From NCBI GenBank assembly GCA_963737155.1, contig CAVTRN010000002.1:480001-544000 (forward strand): a DNA stretch of 64,000 nt, written 5' to 3'. Shown here one piece after another: positions 41,764 to 51,428 of the stretch (its first letter is position 1; every line of letters starts with the position of its first letter). A program made the translations under genes and the position numbers. This DNA comes from Nitrospirota bacterium (GTDB lineage Bacteria > Nitrospirota > UBA9217). The notes beneath the pieces are model-generated. The model saw only the letters and a list, made by a program, of their open reading frames with translations, made no database searches and was not told where the DNA came from.

Positions 41764-42552
41764 ATGATGGTAAGAGTGGAAAACCTTAATAAACGCTTCA
41801 ACGGCCATGAGGTCTTGCGCAACATAAATTTACGATTGCGGAAAGGCGAGCCCGTAGCCCTTATCGGCCCCAGCGGGTCCGGAAAAACCACCTTAATAAG
41901 GACGATCAACGGGTTTGTAGTTCCGGACGAAGGGAAAATTTCGGTAGGCGGCAGGGAAATCAAGTTTCACAACCCGAAATCTCTGCGCCAAAGCCGGAAG
42001 AAAATCGGAATGATCTATCAGCTTTTCAATTTGGTGGAAAGGACCTCGGTGCAAGCGAATGTCATGGCTGGAGCCCTGGGGAGGCTGGATCGGGGGATTT
42101 CTTTAATTTCTTCCACGCTCGGTTTATTCAGCAAGACGGAGAGGGAAAAAGCCAGGGAGCTGCTCAGTTTTGTCGGGTTGGAGGACAAGGCCCGGGAACG
42201 GGTGGACCGGCTCAGCGGCGGCCAGAAACAGCGGGTCGCCATTGCCCGGGCCTTGATGCAGGAACCGGAGGTACTCCTGGCGGATGAGCCTATCGCCAAC
42301 CTCGACCCCAAAGCCAGCAGGAAAATTATGGAACTTTTGCTTCGGATCAACCGGGAGAAGAAGATAACCTTGATCACGGTTCTCCATCATCTGGACCACG
42401 TGCGGGACCATTTCGACCGGGTGATCGCCCTCAAAGAGGGAACCATTTGTTTTGACGCCCACACCGACACTCTTAACGACCACCAAGTTCAGGATATTTA
42501 TACATTTGACGAGGAAATCGGATGCGTTGCAGCTCAAGCCAGCACTATCTGA
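41764..42552 (+). CDS. phnC: Phosphonate ABC transporter ATP-binding protein
   Basis: [37 protein letters not shown]. Confidence 0.93.
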   Translation: MMVRVENLNKRFNGHEVLRNINLRLRKGEPVALIGPSGSGKTTLIRTINGFVVPDEGKISVGGREIKFHNPKSLRQSRKKIGMIYQLFNLVERTSVQANVMAGALGRLDRGISLISSTLGLFSKTEREKARELLSFVGLEDKARERVDRLSGGQKQRVAIARALMQEPEVLLADEPIANLDPKASRKIMELLLRINREKKITLITVLHHLDHVRDHFDRVIALKEGTICFDAHTDTLNDHQVQDIYTFDEEIGCVAAQASTI

Positions 42553-44078
42553 GCAGGGCAGGACATCTGTTCTGGTGGTCCCTCTTCCTGGTGATTCTGG
42601 GTTTTTCATTCAGCATATCGAAAGTGGATGTCGTGTCTCTCTTCGGCGGATTATCCCAGTCGTTTGCCTTGGGCAGGGAGATGCTGCCGCCTAATTTTTC
42701 GAGGTGGAGACAGATAACGAGCCTTGCCGCGGAAACCGTGTCCATGGGTTTCTGGGGTACGATGCTCGGGATACTCTTTTCCTTGCCTTTGGGATTTCTT
42801 GCGGCTAGAAATACGGCTAAAAACGGGTTCTTATACCACCTCTCCAGGGGACTGGTAACATTGTTGAGATCAGTCCCGGATGTCATTTACGCCTTTTTTT
42901 TCGTAATTGCGTTCGGTCTTGGACCGCAGGCAGGGGTAGCAGCCTTAACCATGGCATCGATCGGGCTTCTCGGAAAATTTTACTCTGAAGCGGTGGAAAG
43001 CATCGATGAAAAGCCGGTGGAAGCTCTTGCGGCTACGGGTTGCCGCGGTATCAGCGTCATCCGCCATGCCGTTGTTCCCCAGGTGCTGCCCTTGTTTATA
43101 GGGTACAACCTCTACATGTTGGACCACAATATCCGGGTCGCTCTGGCCCTCGGTGTGGTAGGCGCCGGAGGGCTGGGAGTGGAGCTTTTCTATCAAATGC
43201 GTGCGTTTCATTATCAGAAGGCGTCCGCCATCCTTGTCATCATCTTGGTCATGATTACCATTATCGATCGGGCTTCCAGCCACCTTCGATACAGAATCAT
43301 TAAAGGTGGTTTTTGGAGCCCCGGAACCCGCATTCTTGATGTCGTATTGCTGGTCGTCATAGGTCTGCTCATCCTTAGCTCCGTTTATTCTGTTCCGGTA
43401 GATCTTAAAGAATTGGTGGCAGGAGTGCCGCGTATCTGGAGATTTCTGACAGGAATGGTTCCGCCCGATTTTTCCAGGCTTACTGTTTACCTGAAATTGA
43501 TGCTGGAGACGGTGGCCATGGGTATCAGCGGCACCTTCCTGGCAATTGTCTTGGGGGGGCCCTTGGGGGTGCTGACGGCCCGGAATGTCAGTCATAATGT
43601 GATAATAAAAAACCTGGCAAAGGAACTTACCAACTTTCTCCGGGCAATGCCTGAACTCGTATTCGCCTTGATTTTCGTGGTTGCGGTCGGCTTGGGACCC
43701 TTTGCAGGGGTCTTGGCCCTTGGCCTGAACACTGCAGGGTTCTTGGGAAAGTTTTATGCGGAGGCCATTGAAAATGTCGACCCTAAAGCGGTGGAGGCGG
43801 TGCAGGCCTCCGGGGCCGGGTTGCTCCAACGGATCAGCCATTCCATCTTTCCCCAGGTCCTGCCGCTTTTTAACAGCTATAACCTGTATATTCTGGATCG
43901 GAATATCCGGTATTCCACCATTATGGGCTTGGTAGGGGCTGGCGGCATCGGCTTCGAGCTGGTCATGACTTCGAGAATGTTCGAATATCGCCAAATGGCC
44001 GCCATGCTTTTGATCATCCTGGCCACCGTTATGCTGGTGGACTGGCTCTCAGCCTATTTAAGAAAGAAGTTAGTGTAG
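42522..44078 (+). CDS. phnE: Phosphonate ABC permease with two fused PhnE domains
   Basis: GK(F)Y.EA.E..D and LG.VGAGG.G motifs each occur twice. Confidence 0.92.
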   Translation: MRCSSSQHYLSRAGHLFWWSLFLVILGFSFSISKVDVVSLFGGLSQSFALGREMLPPNFSRWRQITSLAAETVSMGFWGTMLGILFSLPLGFLAARNTAKNGFLYHLSRGLVTLLRSVPDVIYAFFFVIAFGLGPQAGVAALTMASIGLLGKFYSEAVESIDEKPVEALAATGCRGISVIRHAVVPQVLPLFIGYNLYMLDHNIRVALALGVVGAGGLGVELFYQMRAFHYQKASAILVIILVMITIIDRASSHLRYRIIKGGFWSPGTRILDVVLLVVIGLLILSSVYSVPVDLKELVAGVPRIWRFLTGMVPPDFSRLTVYLKLMLETVAMGISGTFLAIVLGGPLGVLTARNVSHNVIIKNLAKELTNFLRAMPELVFALIFVVAVGLGPFAGVLALGLNTAGFLGKFYAEAIENVDPKAVEAVQASGAGLLQRISHSIFPQVLPLFNSYNLYILDRNIRYSTIMGLVGAGGIGFELVMTSRMFEYRQMAAMLLIILATVMLVDWLSAYLRKKLV

Positions 44079-44230
44079 ATATCATGAGCTTCATTTAATG
44101 TCCCGGCTCTCAAAGTACGAAGCGAGTCTCACACATTTAACGTGTGGTCTATAATGTCAGACTTTCTTCCCCTTCCTCGCGAGCAAGATGAAACCTTCAC
44201 GCACATCCTCCGTGGCGATGTTCAAGCTGG

Positions 44231-44893
44231 CTAAGCCGCACGTCTAGACCCGGCAGGTTTTAAGTTTAATTTTTCTCTGATCACTCTTGCCGGGGCGCTC
44301 GTTGCATACACAGCGGTTCCAACATCGAACAATTTTGATGTGCTCAAGCCTCCTACGATAACAGGGTCAAGACCTGCACGCGCTACAAGCTCGCCGGCAA
44401 CTTTCAATCCCTCCTGATCGTCGCTGGCTATCGGAATCCCGATTTTTTCACCGTTTTTATTGATTGTTTTTTTGAGGTCTTCGAAAAAAACCGTATTAAA
44501 GGCCCTTACGATTCTTGCACCCGCAAGAAGGCGGGCCACAAAGGTGCCCATACCACCCGGTTCTTTTCTTGCCTCTTCTGCGATCACTCCATCTCTCTCT
44601 GGATAAGGATTCGACGTGTCAATCACGATCTTGCCCTTCAGTGCCTCTTTTGTTTCAGGACCGAGTTCCGACAACGCATTCAAGGGGATCGAGAGCACGA
44701 TCACATCTCCGAATGCGATTGCTTCGTCTACGGTCCCGGAGCGGGCTTTGGGCCCGGCAATCATCACAAGGTTTTTGAGCGTATCGGGATGTCTTGAGCT
44801 ATAGAAAATCTCGTATCCCGCATTTGCAAGCAGAATTCCGAGATTTCCACCGATATGGCCTGATCCGACAATACCGATTTTCTGCATTTTCAT
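44231..44893 (-). CDS. NADPH-dependent F420 reductase-like oxidoreductase
   Basis: GIVGSGHIG, GKIVIDTSNP, IVRAFNT. Confidence 0.85.
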   Translation of the reverse strand: MKMQKIGIVGSGHIGGNLGILLANAGYEIFYSSRHPDTLKNLVMIAGPKARSGTVDEAIAFGDVIVLSIPLNALSELGPETKEALKGKIVIDTSNPYPERDGVIAEEARKEPGGMGTFVARLLAGARIVRAFNTVFFEDLKKTINKNGEKIGIPIASDDQEGLKVAGELVARAGLDPVIVGGLSTSKLFDVGTAVYATSAPARVIREKLNLKPAGSRRAA

Positions 44894-45462
44894 GTCTTCA
44901 TCTCCTTTTTAGGCATTTAGTATCGTTAAACTATTAGGCATAGAAAGCAGCGAACATATTGAATCACTTAGTTGTTCAGCAACTCGCATTCTCCCCCTCT
45001 ATGCCCCCTTATTATCAGTGTTTCTGATCTTTATCAACTACGAGGGCACAGAGTATCTTACTGAAAAACAGGCACCAGCATTAACCGGTGTTCCTCTGCA
45101 CCCTCTATGGATTCATACTTGCCTTTCTGATTTTCATAAAACTTTTGACCGTATCATGCATTTCAGCGCAGTGCCCCATTGATACAAAAAACTTCTCTAA
45201 ATAAAGAATAGCACTGCCTGTAATAATATCAATTCTACAAAAGTAACATTCTTGGGGCAAATCTTGGATCCAGTCTTCATTCTTGACATTCGCCTACCAT
45301 GGGCTCTTTTCTGCATCTCTCTGCCGTCTATCCGCGCAGTCATTAAACCCGTGAAGGACACTGATACGCCGTTTAACACCGGCGGGTTCGGCATACAGAA
45401 GGGTTGGGGAAAATGAAAGACGTCAAAATTGGCTTGATGAACGAAAAAAATGAGCGTAACCA

Positions 45463-45950
45463 GTGATGATCTTCGATGCCGACGTATTCATTCGGAATTT
45501 CAGAGGCAAACAGAAGGCGAGGAAGTTCATATCCGGTGACCCGTTTAGGGAACGGCATAGAAGCTTCCTTTGCATTATGAAACAGTCCAGGGTTGCCGGG
45601 GCCGGCAGGAACTTCGTGCGGTTAAGGAATTTATCTGCGACGACATCGCAGATGTCATTCATCCCGATGAACGCATTTCGGGAAAAGCCATCACGTTGCT
45701 CGAAGGGCATGCTTCACCGATGGAATTAGGACAGCTGATGCGCTGCTGCAGCAATGGCGCTGCGGGAGGACGATACTCTCGTAAGCGCGAGCCATAAGCA
45801 CTTTTAAAAAATAGCCAGCCTCGATGAGCCTGTTGCACAAATAGCCTTTTGGATCATTTTGTAAAAAATATGTTCAATAAAATCAATGGTCGTATTTCAC
45901 AAAAAATGGTTTGAGCAACAGGCTCCGATGTCAGCAATTTGAACCGTAAG
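45463..45950 (+). pseudogene. PIN/VapC toxin remnant with frameshifts and a MITE insertion
   Basis: MIFDADVFI, YETVQG, HKHF..I..L fragments spread over several frames. Confidence 0.6.
45826..45925. mobile_element. 100-bp MITE
   Basis: Terminal IR GAGCCTGTTGC(A/T)CAAA matching 15/16; 4-bp target duplication CGAT (45822-45825, 45926-45929). Confidence 0.85.
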
Positions 45951-46161
45951 ACGGTACGAACTGGGAAAAAGTTGATAAAAGATATTTGCATGCAACAAAC
46001 TCTATACATAGCGTACTAGTTAATTGCGCATAATTTTCGGACAATTTCGCTGCCTGGACTCTGAGCGGCGGGAAAGTGCAAGGGGCGATTGCAGCAAAGC
46101 ACTGCGGTGATGTGCCGCGCCACCTCCAACGTTTCAATCATTGTTTGGTGTCGCCTAATTA

Positions 46162-47785
46162 GAGTCTGTATTTTAATGCAAAAAACGCATTGCGCGAGTG
46201 CGACCGAGGACGCCGTAAGATGTGGTAATTCCCCCGCATTCGCGTTTATAGCCTCGCCGTTTGAGGTAGTTTCGTAATAACATAGCCATAATGCTAATTT
46301 TGAACGCACTGGTGCTATAAGGGTTGATTGATGATTGAGTTTTCGTTACTATCGGGCCGTTTGAATCTTGGTGATCAGCAGTCCAGTCATAACCCGAATA
46401 TTATACGCAATTGCACTCCAGTAAATCTTCGCGTTGAAGTGTGGTCGTGTCTTCCATTCGCAGCGAAACATATCGAACCCTCTTTTGAAATTCGATATGA
46501 CAGCCTCGATGCCGCTCCGCCACTTCTTAAGACGCGTTTCCAGGTTCAGGCTGCTCGTCAAATTCTTGAGCGATCCAACGATCTTGTTGAATACGATATT
46601 GACGACCCCTTTATCTTTCGCCAGTTGCTGGTTCAAGAGAGACGCATAGCCGCCGTCCGTCGTCATATCGCGCGGCACGATGCCATAGTTTTCCTTGATT
46701 CGATCAATCACGCTGCCGTATTCCTGAGTGTCGCTGGGGTTGCCATCAAGAATCTTGCAGTCGATAATCAGCATGCTCGCACCTGTCGCCAGATTGATCT
46801 TATGCCCGAACGTCGCTTCACGTTTGCCTTTTACGATGATATCGGTATGATCCTCAAAGATCGAAAACAGCTTGTCCTCGTTCGGCACTTTCTCTCCCAG
46901 GATCTCGTGGCGATGCGTCATGCTGTAAACCCTCTCCGCCTTCGGGAGAAGATTCTTGATTTCGGTCGCAAGAGCCAAAGCCGCATCATCTGCGTACCGA
47001 AGCGAAGGCAACACAACAAGCGCGGCCTCAGCCTGATTAATGCTGGTTCGAAGCAATTTCAACTGTTTTTCAAAGGTTTCTTTGCGCTTCTCGCCCGGCT
47101 TCGTGTTGTTGATCTTGCCGAAATGCTTCTTGGCCTGCTTCTTGTACCGCCGCCCCGTGATCACTCCACCGGTCTCTTCAGCGAGTTTTACGAGCAGCCG
47201 GTCAAAGGTCTTGATGCAGTCCCACATCAGCGAATTGTTCGTCGGATAATGGACGTTTGTCTCGATTGCCGTGGAATCGGTTCGCGCCTTGCTGAAATCA
47301 TCAAGTCCTTCCGCTTGGGCAATCTTGTTGATTGCGATCATCACTTGCTCAAGCGTTTCCGCTTTGATCATCGAGATGTACTTCTGCCAGACCGAGAAGG
47401 ATATGGGGGACCTGCCGTTAAGTTTGAGAAACAGCACGCAGATGCGAGAATCGTGTTGGGCGTACTCCAACTCCCGATATGTCAGCGTCTTCATCTCCTT
47501 ATACAACGCGCCGCGCAGAATTTGCTCGATTGTGGGGGTGTCCTTTCTGCCAAGACTTTTTCCCGTGCTGCCCTTGAAGTCCCGTTTGACAAGCTCGTAA
47601 ATTTCGGGATGCAACGACAAAATCGTGTCGATAACCGCGAATTCCGTGTTGACTGCCCAGTGCGGATTCTCAAGCGTGAGTGTCAATTCGTTCAAAAGCT
47701 TCATCGTTTCCCCCTTGCTGATTTTGTTACGCCACTATACTTTTATCGTGCAGAATCAGCAAGTTAAATGATTAAATACAGACTC
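46162..47785 (-). mobile_element. DDE insertion sequence (ISNCY/IS5-like)
   Basis: IR GAGTCTGTATTT..AAT at both ends; 6-bp target duplication TAATTA (46156-46161, 47786-47791). Confidence 0.9.
46349..47704 (-). CDS. DDE transposase
   Basis: RTDSTAIETNVHYPT, FGHK, GNPSD, TDGGY, RSGIEAVIS..KR. Confidence 0.92.
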   Translation of the reverse strand: MKLLNELTLTLENPHWAVNTEFAVIDTILSLHPEIYELVKRDFKGSTGKSLGRKDTPTIEQILRGALYKEMKTLTYRELEYAQHDSRICVLFLKLNGRSPISFSVWQKYISMIKAETLEQVMIAINKIAQAEGLDDFSKARTDSTAIETNVHYPTNNSLMWDCIKTFDRLLVKLAEETGGVITGRRYKKQAKKHFGKINNTKPGEKRKETFEKQLKLLRTSINQAEAALVVLPSLRYADDAALALATEIKNLLPKAERVYSMTHRHEILGEKVPNEDKLFSIFEDHTDIIVKGKREATFGHKINLATGASMLIIDCKILDGNPSDTQEYGSVIDRIKENYGIVPRDMTTDGGYASLLNQQLAKDKGVVNIVFNKIVGSLKNLTSSLNLETRLKKWRSGIEAVISNFKRGFDMFRCEWKTRPHFNAKIYWSAIAYNIRVMTGLLITKIQTAR

Positions 47786-48549
47786 TAATTACCTTCTCCG
47801 ATTTTTCGTGTGGGGTAAACTGCATATGTCGCTAGGGAGAGGATTGCAATGTATGCGGAGAGCACGACGCACGTGACCCATTCCCAGAAGGCAAAACGTA
47901 AGAATACGGGCCACCCGTGGACACGCCATGAGAAACTTACCCAATGGAGTTCGGGGGGCACATAATAGAAATACGCCTGGGCTAAGCCCGCCAGCAAGAT
48001 CGGGAGCACTGCTGCGCTAGCCAAGATGGCTGCATACAACCGTGCATGACCGCTGAATCTGCGCATTCGCCTCCGTAATATCCGGCCCATAGTCTGGAAC
48101 ATCAGGCTTACTATCCCGGTTAACAAGCCAGCAAACGCCAATACCGCGAAAATTTCATGTCCTTTTTGGATCCTGAGCAGGCATCGGGGCAGCAGGGCAG
48201 CACACATCATACAGAAGTTTCCGAACTGCAGAGCCCTCGTTCCGCTTGGCCGGCCTCTCACCTCCTCATGCTTCCAGTGCTGGGCCAATACCGCCACCCA
48301 GCAAAATCCACAAAGGCTACATAGCAACATGCCTGCTGACGCCCACAGATAGCCGGCGGGGTTTCGGTCGGGAGAGAGGAGGTTGGATACTGGCATGTAT
48401 TGCCATTCATACTCCGACGGATACCGCTGCGCCGCCATCAACATGCCACCCCAGAATGCGAGCACTCCGAGAGGAGCCGTAGCGCAAGATGCCCGTCGTA
48501 AAAACGACTTGTCCAGATTCTCATTTTTGGCTTCGAAAACGGGAGACAT
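47785..48549 (-). CDS. Hypothetical multi-pass membrane protein
   Basis: About six hydrophobic segments; no recognised motif. Confidence 0.55.
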   Translation of the reverse strand: MSPVFEAKNENLDKSFLRRASCATAPLGVLAFWGGMLMAAQRYPSEYEWQYMPVSNLLSPDRNPAGYLWASAGMLLCSLCGFCWVAVLAQHWKHEEVRGRPSGTRALQFGNFCMMCAALLPRCLLRIQKGHEIFAVLAFAGLLTGIVSLMFQTMGRILRRRMRRFSGHARLYAAILASAAVLPILLAGLAQAYFYYVPPELHWVSFSWRVHGWPVFLRFAFWEWVTCVVLSAYIAILSLATYAVYPTRKIGEGN

Positions 48550-48822
48550 TAACCGGCATTTCCCATTTTAGCTGCTTTCCGTGGCTGAATTCGATCATAA
48601 TGCGGGCCAACCTCAAGAGCAGAGGGCGACACGTCAAGGTTGGAATTTATGCATAGCAAAGCATGCAGACTTTATTTTGCCTTAACTTCTGATAGCCAAC
48701 GATGCTGATGAACCGCCTTCAATGCGCATTCTACAATTAGACCAAAAACCTCTTCCTGTGCCAACCTCTTTATCGCATTCTGGACAGCATATAGATATAC
48801 TTCCTTTTGGAGTTTTATATTG

Positions 48823-49311
48823 TTATGCTATTTTTTCTCCGCATTTCTCACACAACTTCGTCCCTTCCTTGATCGATTCTCCGCAAGTAGGGCAAATATT
48901 GCCCTCCGATTGCACTTCCCCTGCGAGAGCCGAACCACAGCTACTACAGAATTTGTCACCAATATTATTTTGCGCTTCGCACTTCTTGCACTTGATTGTA
49001 TCTGCGCCACGCCTCATTTTTAAAGCCTCAAGTTCCACATGCTTGATAGCTTCTTCAAGCTCCGTAATTTTCTTATAAAGAGCTGCGATCTCTTCGCAAT
49101 CGGTTTTTAAGTTTTCTTCAGTCAAGATTTCTTTGTTGACCATCTCAAAGACTTTCTTGCCAAGCGCATTAAAACGATTCTGAATAGTGGATTCTACCTC
49201 CCTAATCTTTGCTCTTAGCTTTGCTATTTCTATTAATTCTTTGCCTTTTGAGCTTACTGCATCTACGCCCTTATTAATGCTGCCCATCACCTTGTTAAAG
49301 AAATCCGCCAT
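48823..49311 (-). CDS. Coiled-coil plus double zinc-ribbon protein
   Basis: Four CxxC pairs (CKKC, CSSC, CPTC, CEKC) after a coiled coil. Confidence 0.85.
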   Translation of the reverse strand: MADFFNKVMGSINKGVDAVSSKGKELIEIAKLRAKIREVESTIQNRFNALGKKVFEMVNKEILTEENLKTDCEEIAALYKKITELEEAIKHVELEALKMRRGADTIKCKKCEAQNNIGDKFCSSCGSALAGEVQSEGNICPTCGESIKEGTKLCEKCGEKIA

Positions 49312-50053
49312 TTCAACCCCTTTCATTTCAATAAGCGGCCGCATTCACCGCAAAATGCCGTACCAGTACCCAATCAACCTTTGCTCCACACTGGCTGCAG
49401 AAGTTGGATGCAGCCGCCTGACTCGCACTTTGAGGTACGGAAAAGCCCTTGGTTTGCATTATGTAATAGCCATTCGAAGGTGAAAAAATTCGGCTACCAG
49501 CCTTTCTGCGTGACTCGATAATACGGAAACAGTATCAGACCGCGAAACTTCGAGTTGCGTACGCTCTCTGCGGGCAAGGTAAGTAAAACCTTATGAATTC
49601 GATCATCCTTGCTGCCTGTGATGTGCCAACCATCACTCTTAGCGAAGTTAGATCTCTTCTGAAAATCCAGAGCTGATTCGCCCTCCAAAGATCTCTTCAA
49701 AATGGATGCATCGCTCAGTAGTTTCTTGGTCAGTGTTGATTAGTATAATTATGCCACGAATATATGCTGAATGCTATGCGATGTCAATAATTGTCAATAA
49801 TGATGGTCAGGTATTTGAAGGGTCGAGATGTTGTTGAATAACGGGATTGAACCTTAAATCTACAGCATTCACAATAATTTTAGAGTACCCACCAATTTAC
49901 AATCTAAGAGGTTTAAACATTAACTTAATATAATCCAGATGTCTGATTCCATGTCCACTCAATTTTGATCATGTATCGTGGTGCATGGAACGACCCACTC
50001 TCTCTCTTGGACGCAGACCTAGGCCGTTCACTCCGAAATGCAAACAAAAAAAG

Positions 50054-51175
50054 TTATTTTCCGTGAATAGAAAGGAACTGCTCTCTCTTTTTCTTGTCCC
50101 AATGAGCGCAGAAGGCCGGCTTGCCCTTCATTACCTGCTCCATACAGACGTTACAAGCTGGCAGGCACTTGATTATCGGCTTGTTGATCTTACCGGCCGC
50201 CTTTTTGGGCCACAAGGGGTCGGCAAAGAGTACCCGCGCCAGGCCGATGAGGTCGGCGGTGCCTTCCTGAAGGATTTTTTCGGCTGTCTCAGGCGTTTGG
50301 ATGCGTCCTGCGGCGATGACAGGCAGACCGGGTACCGCCTCCTTTATTTTCCCGGCAAAGTGGGCCATATACGCTTCTTCTTTCTCTTTTTCTCTGTACG
50401 CAGGAAGAAAAAATGAATCGTAAGTCCCTGCCATAACGGAGAGGTACGCAACACCCCTCTTTGCGAGCTCCTGCGCATAGACTGAAGTCTGGTCAGTATG
50501 CAATCCATCAGGCAGCCATTCATCTGCGAGGAAACGGTACCCTACCGGATAATTGCCCACGTTTTTTATCACCGTTTCTACTACTCTCAGGGGGAACTTC
50601 ATTCTGTTTTCGAGCGACCCGCCGTAATCGTCTTTTCTTAAGTTCGTACGCTGGGAAAGGAACTGTACGAGAAGGTACCCTGTGCCTCCATGGAGTTCGA
50701 CTCCGTCAAACCCTGCCTCTTTGACCCGTGCTGCGGCGTCCGCGTAGGATTTGATGATCGTCTCCATCTCTTCGCTGTTCATCTCTTTTGGCAGTACCTC
50801 GCCGGTTTTTACGGGCGAGGGCGCGAGCCTCTTCTGTGCAGCATGGGCGTACCTGCCTGCGTGATTGAGCTGGCAAATTGCGATTGCACCTTCTTGGCGA
50901 ATAGCCGTTGCGATTTTTGCAAGTTCGGCGATCGAGCGGTCATTGTCGGACCGCAGGGTAAAGGGCGATCCCATGCCCGAGGGATCAACAGCAACGTTTT
51001 CCGTCACGATCATCGCCGCACCTGACGCTGCCATCTCCCGGTAATAGTCGATGATCAACTCGCTCGCCGTTCCGTCGGGATTTGCGTAGGAAAGAAAGAG
51101 CGGTGCCATCGTGATCCGGTTTTTCAGGACAAGCCCTTTAAGCCGGAATGGAGAAAAGAGAAGAGATTGTTCCAT
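50054..51175 (-). CDS. NADH:flavin oxidoreductase (old yellow enzyme family)
   Basis: LKNRITMAP, QLNHAGR, AGFDGVELH, RKDDYGGSLENR, CLPACNVC. Confidence 0.92.
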   Translation of the reverse strand: MEQSLLFSPFRLKGLVLKNRITMAPLFLSYANPDGTASELIIDYYREMAASGAAMIVTENVAVDPSGMGSPFTLRSDNDRSIAELAKIATAIRQEGAIAICQLNHAGRYAHAAQKRLAPSPVKTGEVLPKEMNSEEMETIIKSYADAAARVKEAGFDGVELHGGTGYLLVQFLSQRTNLRKDDYGGSLENRMKFPLRVVETVIKNVGNYPVGYRFLADEWLPDGLHTDQTSVYAQELAKRGVAYLSVMAGTYDSFFLPAYREKEKEEAYMAHFAGKIKEAVPGLPVIAAGRIQTPETAEKILQEGTADLIGLARVLFADPLWPKKAAGKINKPIIKCLPACNVCMEQVMKGKPAFCAHWDKKKREQFLSIHGK

Positions 51176-51428
51176 ATGAAAGCCTCCTTTTTGTGGATGC
51201 ATTCTGGAGAGCAAAAGTGTTTATAAATTCATCAACTATTGCCGTTTGTTATTTTTTCATTGTTTATTAATAAAGGAGCTATGCGGCCAATACCGCGTCC
51301 TCTGGGTTGAATCAATATTTACTTCCTTTTTTCAAAACACATAAATTGCTTTATGAGGCGCAACCTTCCCTGAACTCCATTGCCTTTGCCGAATAGATTA
51401 TTGGAGGAAACCTTAACGAATCAACATT

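Noticed and set aside
46016-46309. Carboxymuconolactone decarboxylase-like ORF (QCVFCI)
   Set aside because: The CxxC-like stretch is translated from the IS terminal region, and the ORF crosses the IS boundary at 46162
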